A DNA stretch of 64,000 nt from Octopus vulgaris (lineage: Eukaryota), in NCBI GenBank assembly GCA_951406725.2, contig OX597819.1, forward strand, positions 22,754,001 to 22,818,000. Reading direction: 5' to 3'. The notes under the pieces are model-generated. The model was not told the DNA's origin. It did not search any database and worked only from the letters and a program-made list of their open reading frames with translations. The translations under genes and the position numbers were made by a program. Positions 1-15,487 of the stretch are shown here, in pieces (within the stretch, counting starts at the first letter, position 1; each line of letters starts with the position of its first letter).

Positions 1-79
1 TATGTTTAGAAATTTGTGTGTTATATATGAATAAATGAAAGAATGGAGTTGAACGAAGATGTTAACAAAATTCCTTTAC

Positions 80-159
80 TCTCGACACATGTTTCGAAGA
101 CTGCATGTTTTCATTTCAAAGGAATAAAGGGTGCATTATGCAATCTTCTCATCGGGAAA
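80..159 (-). ncRNA. Hammerhead ribozyme-like motif, type I, CCGAUGA core variant
   Basis: Minus strand reads UUUC-CCGAUGA-GAAGAUUGCA...UGCAGUCUUC-GAAA-C-AUGU-GUC-GAGA: 10-bp stem II, GUC cleavage triplet, weak 4-bp stem I. Confidence 0.55.
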
Positions 160-302
160 TCGTTTATTTACATTCCCATAATTTACTGGTTTGACAAGAA
201 GAAACTGATAGAATAAATACCAGGTTTATCAAAATAAAAATGCACTAGGCAGTGTCTCCTATCTTTGTCTGCCCACTCAGTTGTATCTATCAATCTATCT
301 TT

Positions 303-334
<32 letters not shown>

Positions 335-350
335 ATACACACACACACAT

Positions 351-414
<64 letters not shown>

Positions 415-415
<1 letters not shown>

Positions 416-631
416 GTACTTGTTTCAGTCATTTGACTGCGGCCATGCTGGAGCACCGCCTTTAGAGTGGTGAAAGAGTACAGCAGGGATCACCACCACC
501 ATCCCTGCCGGAGCCTCGTGGAGCTTTTAGGTGTTTTCGCTCAATAAACACACACAACGCCCGGTCTGGGAATCGAAACCGCGATCCTCCGACCGCAAGT
601 CCGCTGCCCTAACCACTAGGCCATTGCGCCT

Positions 632-633
<2 letters not shown>
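415..633 (-). mobile_element. Chimeric SINE: head of SINE family B joined to 3' tail of SINE family A
   Basis: 466-633 matches the 5' part of 52617-53001; 415-465 matches the family-A tail (ggcggtgctccagcatggccgcagtcaaatgactgaaacaagta). Confidence 0.7.
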
Positions 634-680
<47 letters not shown>

Positions 681-697
681 ATATGTGAATATTCATA

Positions 698-2392
698 TCT
701 ATTATATAAAAGTCAATGTCTTTATGTGTGTTTGTGTGTTACTTACACATTCGAAAACCACTGCACCGATCCTGATGAAATTCAGAACACAAAATCCAAG
801 CCTAGGGAGAAGGGTAATGCTGTGTGTTTCATACAATTTCATGGACCAAAATTACTGAATGGATCCTTATGATATTTCGAAATTACATTCAATGCATAAG
901 GACGAGTATAATGCAATATGTTTGGTTTGAATTTGAGATAGCTTAAAGGGGGCGGAATCCCCATGAAAATTCATAAATTTTCGATTTTGAGGAAATTTTA
1001 ACCATGGGTAATTGACACACATCAAGAAGTATTCTCAAAGTTTCCACTTCTTATGAGCATTCTAACACCCCCTAATGAGAGCCTTAACTCCCAAATTCTA
1101 GTCATTTTTTTATGATCCAAAACTAGGTCAAAAGTACTGAATGGATCTTTATGGAATTTGAAAATTATATTCTTTGCATAAGGGCCATAACCCCCATGAA
1201 AATTCATATATTCTGGCTGTCGATGAAATTTTTACCATAGATATTAGACACAAATGAAGTAATATTTCTAAAATTTCATCTTCTTAGAAGTTAGAAAGAC
1301 CCCTCCATGGGGACTTAACACCCATAATTTAGTCATTTTATCTAAGCAAAAACGAATACCTTGTGCTCTTAGAAGCTGTAGGGTCACCTGAGCATAAAAG
1401 ATGAGCATTATTTGTAATTAAATGGTACAACAGTGTAACAGTTTGCTTTGAGATGTACTTAGATTGTGATTTCTGCAATGTGATGCATAAATTGTCAAGT
1501 AAATGAGAGGCATTTTTGCCTCCACTGATTCAGTTGCAAAGTGTTCAGTAAATTTATTTGGTTGCAGACCTCCATTGAGTCTTTTTTATTACCACCGGGT
1601 CACACATAGTCCCCAGATAGTAACATTGATTTCAAGGCCTTCCAAGATGAGTGACTGGTTATTCAAAGACATTTATAGATTGTAAATTTATTCTGTCCAG
1701 TTACCTATCGGTATAGTGGTCATTTGCATACTCCAGAGGTGACACTTTCATTTCTCCTTAGCCCCCATGTCACACAGTTTTTGATGTTTATTTCAGTAGG
1801 GTCACGCCCTTCCAATTGTTATAGATCCATAAAGCATCTTACGACTGTGCCTGTCACATGTTTGGTGAGGAATCCTACATTAGAAGTGGTAACGACTATG
1901 GTAAGGTAGCTGACTGCTTATTGTGATCATTCGGCTTTTTGTTTCCTGTAGCTTTGCTCTCTCTTTTAGAAACCCAGTGAACATACATATATTTCCTATT
2001 TCAAAGAAATTCAAACAATAGCTATAAGAACCAAGTTAAAAAGATTCCCAACAATTCAACTTCTCTGGTTGACATTAAGACACCCACTACCCAATAGGGG
2101 CCTTAACTCCCACATTTTCGAGCTCAACGACCTTCATTTTTCGGGAGCAAAATACTTTTAACAGGTTCCATAAGACTGGAATTTTGGAATCTGCGCATAA
2201 AGATGAGTCTTATGGGATACATGTGTTATGATTAGAATTATTTTAGGATGTGTAAAGAGGGAAATTAACCCTCATCTGCAATTTTGATGAAATTCGAAAC
2301 ATAGATATTCCAGTACAATAGAGAAAATATAACAGAAAAAGTCTAATTCTTCAATTGCATGTAAAACGGGCAACGCCGGGTATCTCTGCTAT
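698..2392 (+). mobile_element. Non-autonomous Helitron, older copy
   Basis: Starts a|TCTATTATATAAAA. Ends with GC-rich hairpin-like cgggcaacgccggg followed by CTAT (decayed CTAG), homologous to the 3' ends at 8242, 33554 and 51627. Contains internal degenerate sub-repeats. Confidence 0.65.
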
Positions 2393-2394
2393 TG

Positions 2395-2477
<83 letters not shown>

Positions 2478-2512
2478 ATGTACGTATATATATATATACA
2501 TATATGTGTATG

Positions 2513-2558
<46 letters not shown>

Positions 2559-2574
2559 TATATATATGTATAAT

Positions 2575-3220
2575 CTTCCAGTCGAGAGATTCCCACGCTA
2601 TTATCCTTCTCTTCTCCACTTTTGCCCGACCCCACCTTGAATACTGCTGTCCACTGTGGTCTCCCTACACAAAACAAAATATTATGAGAATTGAAGCTCC
2701 CCAAAGGTCAATCACAAAAAAGATAGATGGCATGTCAGACCTTGACTACTGGGGTAGACTAGAGAAGCTGAAATTGTATTCACTCCAACGACGCCGTGAA
2801 CGCTACATTATCTGTATGATGTGGAAAATATTCCATCAGCACTGTCCGAATGATGTTGGCATCACCTTCAAAATGCATCCAAGGCTTGGACCACGTGCCA
2901 TCCGTCCACAACAAAAATCTAAATCGCATCACATAACGACAATACGGCACAACTATTTCACCTCAATTGGACCCGCTCTCTTCAACATTACACCAGGACA
3001 CGTCAAAAAAGAAACTGACCACACAAAATTCAAGAAGTCCTTGGACAAATTCCTTCAAACAGTACCGGACAAACCATCCACACCCGGATATGTCTCCGCA
3101 AACAATAACTCTCTGCTCGAATGGGCCTTGGTGCCCAAATCCTGAACTGAAAACTTCGCCAGGTGGTGCTATTAAGTTAGACATGGCCTGGGCCAATACT
3201 GGCCAAAAACCTTTCTAAGT
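2575..3220 (+). mobile_element. CR1-group LINE 3' fragment (ORF2 C-terminus plus 3' UTR)
   Basis: ORF 2414-3145 after the microsatellite part reads RPHLEYCCPLWSP...YWGRLEKLKLYSLQRRRER...FKKSLDKFL, a typical CR1-group ORF2 tail. Confidence 0.85.
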
Positions 3221-3229
3221 TATTCTAAG

Positions 3230-3272
<43 letters not shown>

Positions 3273-3299
3273 CATATATATATATACATACATATATAT

Positions 3300-3347
<48 letters not shown>

Positions 3348-3355
3348 TGCTATTG

Positions 3356-3398
<43 letters not shown>

Positions 3399-3468
3399 AT
3401 GTATATGTACGTATATATATATACATATATGTGTATGTATGTGTATATATATATATATATATATGTAC

Positions 3469-3597
<129 letters not shown>

Positions 3598-3611
3598 TTT
3601 TATTCGTATAT

Positions 3612-3863
3612 TTTTTACTTGTTTCAGTCATTTGACTGCAGCCATGCTGAAGTACCGCCTTTAGTCAAACAAATCGACGCCAGGATTTATTCTTTGTAAG
3701 CCGACTACTAATTCTATCGGTCCATTTTGCCGAACCGCTAGCTTACGTGGACGTAAACGCATCAACATTGTTTGTCAAGCGATGATGGGGACCAATACAG
3801 ACAAACGTACACATACACACACATACACACACACACATACACACACATACACACATATACAAG

Positions 3864-3962
<99 letters not shown>

Positions 3963-4124
3963 GACGAGCCTTTTCCAGTTTCCGTCTACCGAGTCCGAAC
4001 ACAAGGGTTTGGCCAGCTCGAGGCTACAGTGGAAGATACTTGCCCAAAGTGCCACGCAGTGGGACTGGACCCGGAAGAATGTGGTTGGTAAGGAAGCTAC
4101 ATACCACACAGGCACTCTTGCGCC
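3612..4124 (-). mobile_element. tRNA-derived SINE family A with internal TA/CA microsatellite
   Basis: Homologous to 8451-8912, 11722-12128 and other copies; tRNA-like head and conserved 3' tail. Confidence 0.85.
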
Positions 4125-4179
4125 TATATATATACGTTCCCTTTCATGCATACATGCACATTCAGATTACTCAGATTAT

Positions 4180-4650
4180 AAAAATGAGGGTACTCAAAGC
4201 ACAGGCATCACAACCATTCGAGTATGATATGGTGACCTCATATCAAGATACACAACGCATGACGTTGAAGGTGGGGACCCAGTTAGAATTTTCTTCAGGT
4301 CAAGCAGCTCATCCTGCGCAAAAATGTCTCTGAGTAAGGGTTGTTTAAGAATGATGAATGAAACACCCATGTTCCCAGTGGTGAATTGTTCAAATGCCAA
4401 GGAATTCCTCACAACACATGGCTACGATGCACCCTCATTACTTCTGCTCATGATCAAAGGTGCACATATAGTCAGTCACTCAGAGACATGCTCAGCTGGC
4501 TATGGTCAAGCAACTGACAAGCAAATATGCAATGCTGAGTTCAATATTTGCTGTAGCCCATCTTTTACACCAAAACAAATCATACCCATGATAAAACTTC
4601 CATTCAGTTAATATCAGAAGCCATGAGAACCACTACGTGGTATTGCATCA
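4180..4650 (-). mobile_element. Diverged copy of the 558-bp element
   Basis: Reverse complement aligns with 15951-16508 (e.g. gatgggctacagcaaatatt, gaagaaaattctaactggg). Confidence 0.75.
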
Positions 4651-5335
4651 ATAGGATGAATAGAGAAGAATGTTCGTGTTTAAATATCCTTAAAGTATAA
4701 TTTTCGCCCGATTTCAAGGACATACCGAAAATCAGAGTAAGGCATTAAATGATCATTTCACACCCAAATGTTCGAGTTAGACAAGATATAATATTATATA
4801 TTTTATAATTGTATATATTTGATGATCGGGTACAAATTATATTTGCCCATGCTGTCGCAAAAAGAAACAGATAGTCAGCTCTTAGCAGAGTAATGAACAT
4901 TTGGGTCCATACTATCATTGATAATCCACAGATGTTGGTCTTATACGTCTGAAGGTTGTGAACAGAAGAGCATATTCCATATTGATGTTGAATGCTTATT
5001 TCCATAAGCTTTGCCGATATTTCTGAGGGTCAAAATATACGTCTAATTTGTTGATATCCTTTATTCGTTTAATGGAGCTTACTCGTTCGGTAAATTAATG
5101 TTTAATTGTACCAAGCTCTCAGAGAGAGATGGTTAGAATTTATCAAGAAATTAGATATTATATAGACTCAACTTAGCCATGTAAATGTGCTCCGTCGAGC
5201 TTATATATGCATATTAGACGATTCGTAGCTTTGCGTGGCTGTAAACTGGATTTCACATCTAATTTGTACTGAGGGAAACGTACAGTAGTTTCAAATGCAT
5301 GTGATTTTATTATTATTTCATCTGTATTACTTTGT

Positions 5336-5868
<533 letters not shown>

Positions 5869-5922
5869 TCTGTTTGAACACACAGCTTCACATAAAAAAT
5901 CTTGCACAACAAATATATAAAC

Positions 5923-5994
<72 letters not shown>

Positions 5995-5996
<2 letters not shown>

Positions 5997-6247
5997 GAAA
6001 GAAAACCAATATTATGCCATTCAAACTATGATAGACATAAACCAAATCATACAGAAAAAATAAAATATATTATAATACGTATAACTAGATCACAAAAGGT
6101 ACAAAAATGAATAAACAATATATATAATAAGTAAAAAGACTACGTACTTTTTGTGATCTAGTTATATGTTTTATAATATATTTTATTTTTTATTTATGAC
6201 TTGGTTTATGTCTATAATAGTTTGAATTACATGATAGTGGCTTTCTC
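5995..6247. repeat. AT-rich inverted repeat next to (TA)n
   Basis: ~5995-6102 vs ~6145-6247 (ataactagatcacaaaaggtac / gtactttttgtgatctagttat). Confidence 0.7.
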
Positions 6248-6395
6248 TAATTGATATATATTATATATTTATATTGCTAAATTCGATTTAATACTAAATT
6301 GAATTTTTCCCTGTAAGTTTGGAGTTATACTCCCTATTATTATTATATTTATTATTATTATTATTATTACTATTATTATTATTATTATTATTATC

Positions 6396-6478
<83 letters not shown>

Positions 6479-7287
6479 GTATGTATCTTCAAATATTTCT
6501 TATTAATCTCTATAAGCACATAATTACAGAGTATATAACAAGATTTACGTTATAGTCTCTATAATGTACTGTAACATGCTTCCATGATGGTAACCGTTAT
6601 CTTTCCAAATGATGTATCAACGATGACCTTAAATGACGCAATCTTGCAGTGCAAGATGATTATGTGTCAATGAATAAATATCGGATTTTTTATTGTATGG
6701 AGTACTTCAAATGTTCCATAATAAAAGAAACTTGAAAACCGATTTTTAATAACAAATATATTAAAATTGGAATTTGTTAGTTTTCGTCACAGAGTAAATT
6801 TTTAAATATTGCATTCTTTAGTAAAAGTTATACGCCCACAACTAATTAGCAATCAGATTTGTTTGTCATATATGTAATTTTTCTATCATCTTGGCTTAAC
6901 AACCCTCACCGTTTGTTTTTACTGCTTTGTTCTCACTTTCCTGTTTTTTACCACTTTCACCCTCCGCAAAAAATTCCAAATTTTATTTAATTTGCTTTGC
7001 GGGAAGGGCTGTTTCAACGAGTCGCGTTTTGTCCTTGCCTTCGTTACGCGGAGTAGATGAAACAGGGACAACTGAAGAAGGGAAATATTCTTTATGTTGT
7101 ATGTCTCGTTTCTCTGTTTGTTTTTTCGTTGTTCGAAAAAATGTTCGTTTCTATGTTTTTGTTTTTATGTTTTCGTTTCTCATTGTGTTCAAGGTGTTCT
7201 TGATGTCTTGTACCCATACATGCATGTATATATACATATATATGTAAGTATGTACATATTTGTGTGTATATACGTATATATCTATAC

Positions 7288-7359
<72 letters not shown>

Positions 7360-7861
7360 TGTATTAACACACACACACAGTCTCATATATATGTAAGAAA
7401 TTTAAATTAAAAATTTCCATGAGGTGAATGTATGTAAGAATAAAACATTTTGAAAATCTCAACTACAAAGTGTCATTCTAAGAGGAACTCGTGAAGTACA
7501 GTAATGAGGAAACTGCAAGGTAAGTTTGAGGACATGGAAATCGTTATCCATGAATAGTGCTGGGTGGAGAAAATATTGCTACAAAGATATCAACAACTTT
7601 GAGGCGGCCCGTATCACCAACCTAAGGATGGAAAAATCTACAAAAGGCAGGTCCTCTTTACCCAACCATCCGGATGTACAAATCCTGATTAGATCTTAAT
7701 TCCCACAAGATGATAAAGCAAAATATCAAGCTGATATCAAGCGGTGTCTGACTGGAACCCCTCGTTTATACGTATAAATACATGCGCGCGCACGAACACA
7801 CACACGCACACACATGTATGTATATGTATGTATGTACGTATATATATATACATATGAGTTA

Positions 7862-8241
7862 TCTCTCTCTATATAAACGGCAGTTTTTCTGTCTGTGTGT
7901 CTGTGTGTCTGTCAGGTTGTACCCTCACCCTGACCACGGCTTTCAACCGATTCTGATGAAACTTGACACACACATAGCCCAATGTCATAATTCAAAACTA
8001 ACGCAGCGAAAATTTTGAAAAGTCCCCCAGTTCTGAAAAAACTCGATAAATTCGACATGGGGTCGAGAATCAGAAACACAAACCACAGACTGTCTAGGGG
8101 ACGCAACTCGACCTTTTTAACTCTCAAAAAATTTACCATCATTTTTTTCTCCATTTTTTGCTATTTTTTGGCTATAACTCTCTAAAAATGCTTTATAGTT
8201 ATTTCCCTTACAAACCCGAGCAACGCCGGATGATACTGCTA

Positions 8242-8242
<1 letters not shown>
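7862..8242 (+). mobile_element. Non-autonomous Helitron
   Basis: a|TC start; subterminal ccgagcaacgccgg; CTAG|t end; last ~65 bp nearly identical to the 3' end of 33042-33554. Confidence 0.8.
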
Positions 8243-8300
<58 letters not shown>

Positions 8301-8380
8301 TATATATGCATATTATATGATAGATAGATATATAGACGTATATATATATTTTCATACTATAGATATATACATATACATGA

Positions 8381-8423
<43 letters not shown>

Positions 8424-8450
8424 CATGTGTACATACATATATATGCACAT

Positions 8451-8614
8451 GAGTGGCTGTGTGGTAAGTAGCTTGCTTACGAACCATATGCTTCCATGTT
8501 CAGTCCCACTGCGTGGCACCTTGGGTAAGTGTCTTCTACTATAGCCTCGGGCCGACCAAAGCCTTGTCAGTGGATTTGGTAGAGGGAAACTGAAAGAAGC
8601 CTGTCGTATATATG

Positions 8615-8681
<67 letters not shown>

Positions 8682-8912
8682 TTGTGTGTGTATATGTTTG
8701 TGTGTCTGTGTTTGTCCCCCAACATCGCTTGACAACTGATGCCAGTGCGTTTACGTCCCCGTAACTTAGCGGTTCGGCAAAAGAGACCGATAGAATAAGT
8801 ACTAGGCTTACAAAGAATAAGTCCTGGGGTCGATTTGCTCGGCTAAAGGCGGTGCTCCAACATGGCCACAGTCACAGGACTGAAACAAGTAAAAGAGTAA
8901 AAGAGTAAAAGA
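8451..8912 (+). mobile_element. SINE family A
   Basis: gagtggctgtgtggtaag (A-box-like), gttcagtccc (B-box-like), internal microsatellite, (gtaaaaga)n tail. Confidence 0.9.
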
Positions 8913-9674
8913 GGAGAACAGAAAAGCAAAGGTCAACAGGGTGCTGCAGAGGAAAACTGGGTCGCTAAAAAAACCTTTGTTCTACTTATTTGCCAACAGA
9001 TATAAGACCGCTATATCCTGCGTTGGTCCAATGGCCATGGTCTCATCCATTGGTCCGATGGGAGATGACAGCATCATTCGGCATCAGCGTATGTCTTCAT
9101 TGCCTGAGATATCATTGCAATAATAAATGAAATACAGCCTTATTCTGCTGTAGATCCTGATAGAGTCCCTGTTAGTGTCATGACGAAATTTACACATAAT
9201 CTTACATCCTCTTTGAACAACCTTTGGAAAGATTCTTGAGTTTCAGGCTATATAGTGAAATGCTTCTTAGCCCAATCTAGCATTCGAGTTTTCAGAAAAA
9301 CAGGGGAAATGCCCCTTGGGCTTAACTATCGCCTGCCCTTACTCACCTCCCAATTCATCAAAGTGTTTGAAAGGGCGATGGGATCAGCAATGAGTTTGTT
9401 TTGTTTTTTCTTTGGAGAATAACTAGTAGCTTGTAGAACTCCATTAAAATTGAAAGTCGAGATAATATCAAGAATGAATAATTCTCCAAAATTGATGTGG
9501 AATTAAAGAAGCGACGATGTGATTGTCAAGAAGACTGAAGACTTGTTTCTGTCTCTCAAGCATGCGCACACGCACAAATACAAGCACAATAATATATATA
9601 TATAGAGAGAGAGAGAGAGATAGAGAGAGAGAGATAGAGAGAGAGAGAGGTAGAGAGAGACAGACAGACAGATT

Positions 9675-9806
<132 letters not shown>

Positions 9807-10714
9807 TACATACATACATACATACATACATACATACATACATACATACATACATACATACATACATACATTATTGTTTGCCTCTGCGGTGTACATCTGA
9901 ACGTTAAAATGTTTCCATAGATTTCTGTTCTTATATTTAATCTTCTGACAAGATTAAATTAAATATGTCTTCTCTCTTCTGTTTAATAAGTTTATAAACT
10001 TATTTGAAATATATGAGCCGGGTGGGGCCGCTTTGCAATCACGTGCTTTCAGGCTCAGTTCCACTAAGCGTCACATTGTGTAAGATCTATTTAATATAGC
10101 CCCGAGTCGACCAATGAAATTTGAGGAGTCAGGAGCGGAAACATGTTGTGTGTGTGTGTGTGTTTGTGTTTTCAATTTTAATTCTGTCCTACTTAAGAAA
10201 CAGAAAACAGTCTGTCATAGACTTCGCTGAAAACGAAACACTTTTTAAAATTTTTAAATAAGGAGGATTTCAATGGTTTGTCAACTGAAAGAGCTAACCG
10301 GAAATGCTTACATTTATATTTTTACGTCTGAATGAGAACTAACTGGAGCTAGAGGTAAAACGGAAGAAAACATGTGTTACAAAGATACTTCAACAGTGAT
10401 ATGGAGGAAATATATTATATAAGCTAAATTAAATAGTCAAAATATATACTCACTTTTCAAAACAATCTCCCCCTGATTTTGATATGACTTGAACGCTATT
10501 ACTTCCGGTAATCGAGCACTTGCGAGTCCAGCATTGGTCGCCTTCCAAGCTCGCCCAAGTTTTACCGGTGTTAACACAATTGCCAAGATTGTCCCGACAA
10601 TCTGTTGTTGACAAAAAAATATTTATTATTCCATTTAAAAAAATATCTTTGACATAATTATAACTACAATGTTTTAAAGCTTTTGCAAAAAGTCAACTGT
10701 TTCAGGAGATCGGG

Positions 10715-10880
10715 TAAGTTGGTTACATCGACTCTAATGCACGAGAGTTACTTGTTTTATCGATCTGGAAGGGATCAAATGCAAGGTCGACCTCAGTGGA
10801 GTTTAAAGTCAAACTCGAAAACCAGAAGAAATTCTGATAAGCATTTTGTCTGGCATGCTAACTATTTTGCCAGTTCACCC
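10715..10880 (-). mobile_element. Diverged SINE family C
   Basis: Reverse complement similar to 35110-35303. Confidence 0.55.
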
Positions 10881-11109
10881 TTGAGTTTTTCTTGTCTAGA
10901 TGTTTATTAAACGTAATTTATTAGCTCATATTCCAAAAATCGGAATTTATTAAACTGAACGTATGAATATTCTGTACCTCGCTTTTTTTAAGGAGAGATA
11001 GAAGGCATTTCAATAAGCATATACCTCAATAAAATGAAGGATATTTGAAGCATTCTATTTGATTATAAGTGTAAAAATGGCACTATGCAGTTTACGACGT
11101 CCAGTATTC

Positions 11110-11385
11110 CACTTGATCTGATCAACAGAATCTCCTGCTCGTGAAACTGACGTGCAAGTGGTTGAACGGACCACAGGTATGCGTGCCCTCAGCGTAGATC
11201 TGAGCAAGATTCAGAATGTAACAAGGCTGTCCTTTCGAATTACAGGTGCAATTTATTTTTGCCAGTTAAATTGACTGGGAGAACGTGAAATAAAGTGTAT
11301 TGCTTAAGCACACAATGCACTGCCAGGAATCCCACTCAGAACTGTGAGCCAAATACCAAAACCTCTAAGCCACGCGCCTTCACAA
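11110..11385 (-). mobile_element. Diverged SINE related to family B
   Basis: cctgctcgtgaaa...acgtgcaagtgg and ctaagccacgcgcct match parts of 52617-53001. Confidence 0.55.
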
Positions 11386-11721
11386 CTTATAAAAGTTGTC
11401 ATTTAGTGAACTTACTCAAAACCTTAATGTATTCTTAATGCAGCGTGCTAAAAAAAAGGCTACACATTAAACCTCGTTGAATAATGTTACTAACTTGTGT
11501 TCTTATATATTTTTTGCTTATGATTTTGCAAGAGCTGAGGACATGATTACAAAACTGAATACTATTTTGACTTAAGTGTAATGTAACGATCTATAATGGA
11601 GGGTTGCGTATAACAGTTATGGAAGTAATTTAGATGTATTTTTGTGCTTATTTGATGCGAGGATTTGTCGTGTGTAGGTATTCGCATTCGCAGGAGCGTA
11701 TGCATCAATACATATGCTCTC

Positions 11722-12128
11722 TCTTTTACTCTTTTACGTGTTTCAGTCATTTGACTGCGGCCATGCTGGAGCACCGCCTTCAGTCGAGCAAATCGACCCC
11801 GGGACTTATTCTTTGTAAGCCCAGTACTTATTCTATCGGTCACTTTAGCCGAACCGCTAAGTGACGGGGATGTAAACACACCAGCATCGGTTGTCAAGCA
11901 ATGCTAGGGCGACAACACAGACACACAAACACACACACACATGCATATATATATATACATATATACGACAGGCTTCTTTCAGTTTCCGTCTACCAAATCC
12001 ACTCACAAGGCATTGGTCGGCCCGGGGCTATAGCAGAAGACACTCGCCCAAGATGCCACGCAGTGGGACTGAACCCGGAAACATGTGGTTGGTTAGCAAG
12101 CTACTTACCACACAGCCACTCCTGCGCC
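11722..12128 (-). mobile_element. SINE family A
   Basis: Full-length homology to the other family-A copies. Confidence 0.9.
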
Positions 12129-12575
12129 TGTATGCATAGCTTTTGTTAATAAATTGCGTGTATTAAACCAGAGTGGGTATGCGAGTATCTTTAAAACCGT
12201 TGTAACAGCACTGGAATTTGTTTGTTAAGGTCGAGATTAATTTAAGAATTTACTAAGATGATTCGTAATCGTCGGCTTTATCTCGTATCCGACTATTCAT
12301 CTCCTGCTTTGCTGAACACTTCCTTCGTGGTGATGCCGTTGATAGCTCTATTAACCAATCCTTGCAAAGAAGATTCTATGTCATTGACTGTATGGCAATG
12401 TTGGTGGAGGATGGGTTTCGACATCCGCTGGTTAGCACATTTCTAAGATAGATATTCTGCATTGATAAACACAGTTTAACGATTCAATTAAATTATTATA
12501 AAAAACTTGGTTGAAATGATAATTCAGAAGATCTTAAGAAAATTTGAAGGGCACTACACTCGAAATTGGAAAGGG

Positions 12576-12701
<126 letters not shown>

Positions 12702-12785
12702 AGAATTTACAAAAAGAAAAAAGACGAAGACGGGTCTGTAAACAAAAAACAGATGTTTTAGTTTAACGTTCGGGAAGTGAGAAAG

Positions 12786-12823
12786 TCTTTTATATTTCGA
12801 GTCTACGCTCTTCGACAGAGAAG
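12786..12823 (-). ncRNA. Decayed hammerhead-like motif, same family as 45027-45064
   Basis: CUGUCGA-A-GAGC-GUAG-ACUC-GAAA-UA-UA-AAAGA; flanks also match 44950-45065. Confidence 0.4.
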
Positions 12824-13249
12824 AACACAAATATATACAAGGATAGAAAATAGAATATATATATTATATATATGTATATATATTTATGTAACTTACACAC
12901 ACTCCTTGTATATACTCTCCATCTAGTTTCACTCATCCAACGGCATAATTTCAAAGCACACATAATCTCCGTCTGTTCTACCCATAACTCTCCGTAAGAG
13001 TGGCATTCACCTTCAACTGAACATCCATCACAATCTGAATAGAAATAGATATAATAATATCTACTAAGTATTATATTTATATATATATAGGTAATTTCTG
13101 AGGTAAATTTATTATAAGCTAGAAGATAAAGATGCTTTCGATAATATATATACTTTGCTTCTTTCTAATTCATATATGAAATTCAGTTGGAATCATTTAC
13201 CTCCTTTTCCAGTCGTTTTGGAAAACACATAGATTCCTTTACCAAAAGA

Positions 13250-13607
13250 GAGACAAATACTATCAGATGATTGATGTTGCCATACCAAATGACATGAATG
13301 CTGTGAGTAAAGAGGTTGAAAAAAATTACTAAGTACTCCGAACTCAAAGTGGAAATGGTAAGACTGTATGGAATTCGAAAGAGTAATATAAAAGCGATAC
13401 CAGTGGTGAACGGAGTGTTGGGCTCAATCCCATTGAAACTTCAAGACTTCTTAAGGCAACTAGAAATCCCATACAAGATTAATGTCTTGCAAAAAGCAGA
13501 CTTACTGAGCACAACGCACATCTAAAGGAAAGATCTGTCTGAGGTACTTGTGATTTGACAGATGACTAAAGATTCCGGTGCATTTTTACCTACATTGTGT
13601 CACGAAG

Positions 13608-13608
<1 letters not shown>
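13250..13608 (+). mobile_element. R4/Dong-type LINE 3' fragment (REL endonuclease) followed by (TAA)n
   Basis: IDVAIPND...KITKYSELKVEM...IPVVNGVLGSIP...LQKADLL, then a short 3' UTR and a TAA tract. Confidence 0.8.
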
Positions 13609-13679
<71 letters not shown>

Positions 13680-13705
13680 TAATAATAATAATAATAATAA
13701 TAATG

Positions 13706-13795
<90 letters not shown>

Positions 13796-13809
13796 TTAAT
13801 AATAATAAT

Positions 13810-14273
13810 AAAGATGGGCTACAGCAAATATTCTGCTCAATACCACAGATTTGCTTGTCAGTTGTTTGACCTTAACCAGTTGAGCATGTCCCTTAGCGGC
13901 TGACGATATGTGCATCTCTGATCACGAGCAGAAGTAGTTGGGGAGTATCATAGCCATGTGTTGAGAGGGATTGTTTGGGGTTTGAATAATTCACCTCTGG
14001 AAACATGGGTGGTTCTTTCAACATCCTTAAACAACCCTTATTCAGGGACCTTTTGAGCGGGATGGGCTACTCAACCTGAAGAAAATTCTAACTGGGCCCC
14101 ACCTGCAAGGTCATGCGCTGTTTATCTTGATATGAGATCACCATGTCGCGCACATATGGTTGTGATGCATGTCCCTGGTGTACCCTTATCAGACGGGTAG
14201 TCATGATGGGTATATTGGGCTTCGTATATTTTACCCCAGTGTCACTTTGATGGCATGAACTGCTCTCTCACTC
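13810..14273 (+). mobile_element. 5'-truncated copy of the 558-bp (TAA)n-inserted element
   Basis: Near-identical to ~16045-16508; flanked by (TAA)n on both sides. Confidence 0.85.
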
Positions 14274-14289
<16 letters not shown>

Positions 14290-14307
<18 letters not shown>

Positions 14308-15443
14308 TTTCGTTTTTGGATTTCCTTTGCAAGATTCTATATGAATTCGTGTGTTGAAGCATATTCTGTTGTGTCTGGGGAGAGTCATTTTCTTTTTGTG
14401 CCTGATAATATAACACATACACAAGTAAAATTTCCACTTATTTCTTATTTTCATTTTCCTAAAATTTTCGTTGCAACTTTTTCAATAGTCTTGACTCTGT
14501 CCATTATTTACACTGCGTTCCTTTTTGTTTGTTTGTGCGCATGTGTGTGGGTCATTGTGTGTGTGTACCTGTGCATGCACGCATGTACGTATGTGTGTAT
14601 GTATGTATGCATGTGTATGTATGAATATATGTGCATGTGCATTTGTATGTATGTATCCTGTATATCCATGTGCTTGCATATCCGTGTTTGTGCATTTTCT
14701 ATGTATGTGTGTGTGCGAGCGTGTGTTTGTATATGTATGCACCTCTGTCTCCTCATGTGTGCATGTGTGTGTGTGTGTGTGTGTGTGTGTTATGCAACCA
14801 TGTACCATGTTTGTATGTATGGATGGATGTGCATCTCTATATGTGTGGATCCGTGTTTCCATATGTGTCCTTGCGTGGAGTAAAGTGTGTGTGTATATAT
14901 GATCATGTGTGTCAGTCTCCATTTGCGTATGAGTGCTTGTCTGTCCTTATTATCTATGTACCTATCCATCTGTATGTTGATCTGTTTATTCTCATATCTA
15001 TATGAATCTACATAACAGTCCACTAACTATTCTACTCTACCTGTGTAAACTGTGGGTATGTATATTTCCTATTTAGTATTGGGGAGGTTTCATTTATAAG
15101 GACGTACGCCCGAATTGGTCTGAGTGTTGGGTCTTTTGGGTGCTTGGATAAGATGCGGATGTCAAGTTGACCCAAGTTGCCTCCATGGTGGTCTTCGGCA
15201 TGTTGGTTGCGTATGAAGGACTGCTTTTTTTGTTTTTTGTCGTCATATTATCTCATATTGCATACACAAAGAGACAGAGGTGCATACATATACAAATACA
15301 CACTCAGACACACACTTACATAGAAAATACACAAACACGGACATGTAGAAACATGAAACTATACAGGATACATACATACAGATGCACACATATATACATA
15401 TACATACATACATACACTCATACATAGGTACATGCATGCATAG

Positions 15444-15487
<44 letters not shown>

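Noticed and set aside
12170-12450. Possible Tc1 transposase C-terminal relic on the minus strand (similar hint at ~10440-10600)
   Set aside because: The similarity is too weak to support.
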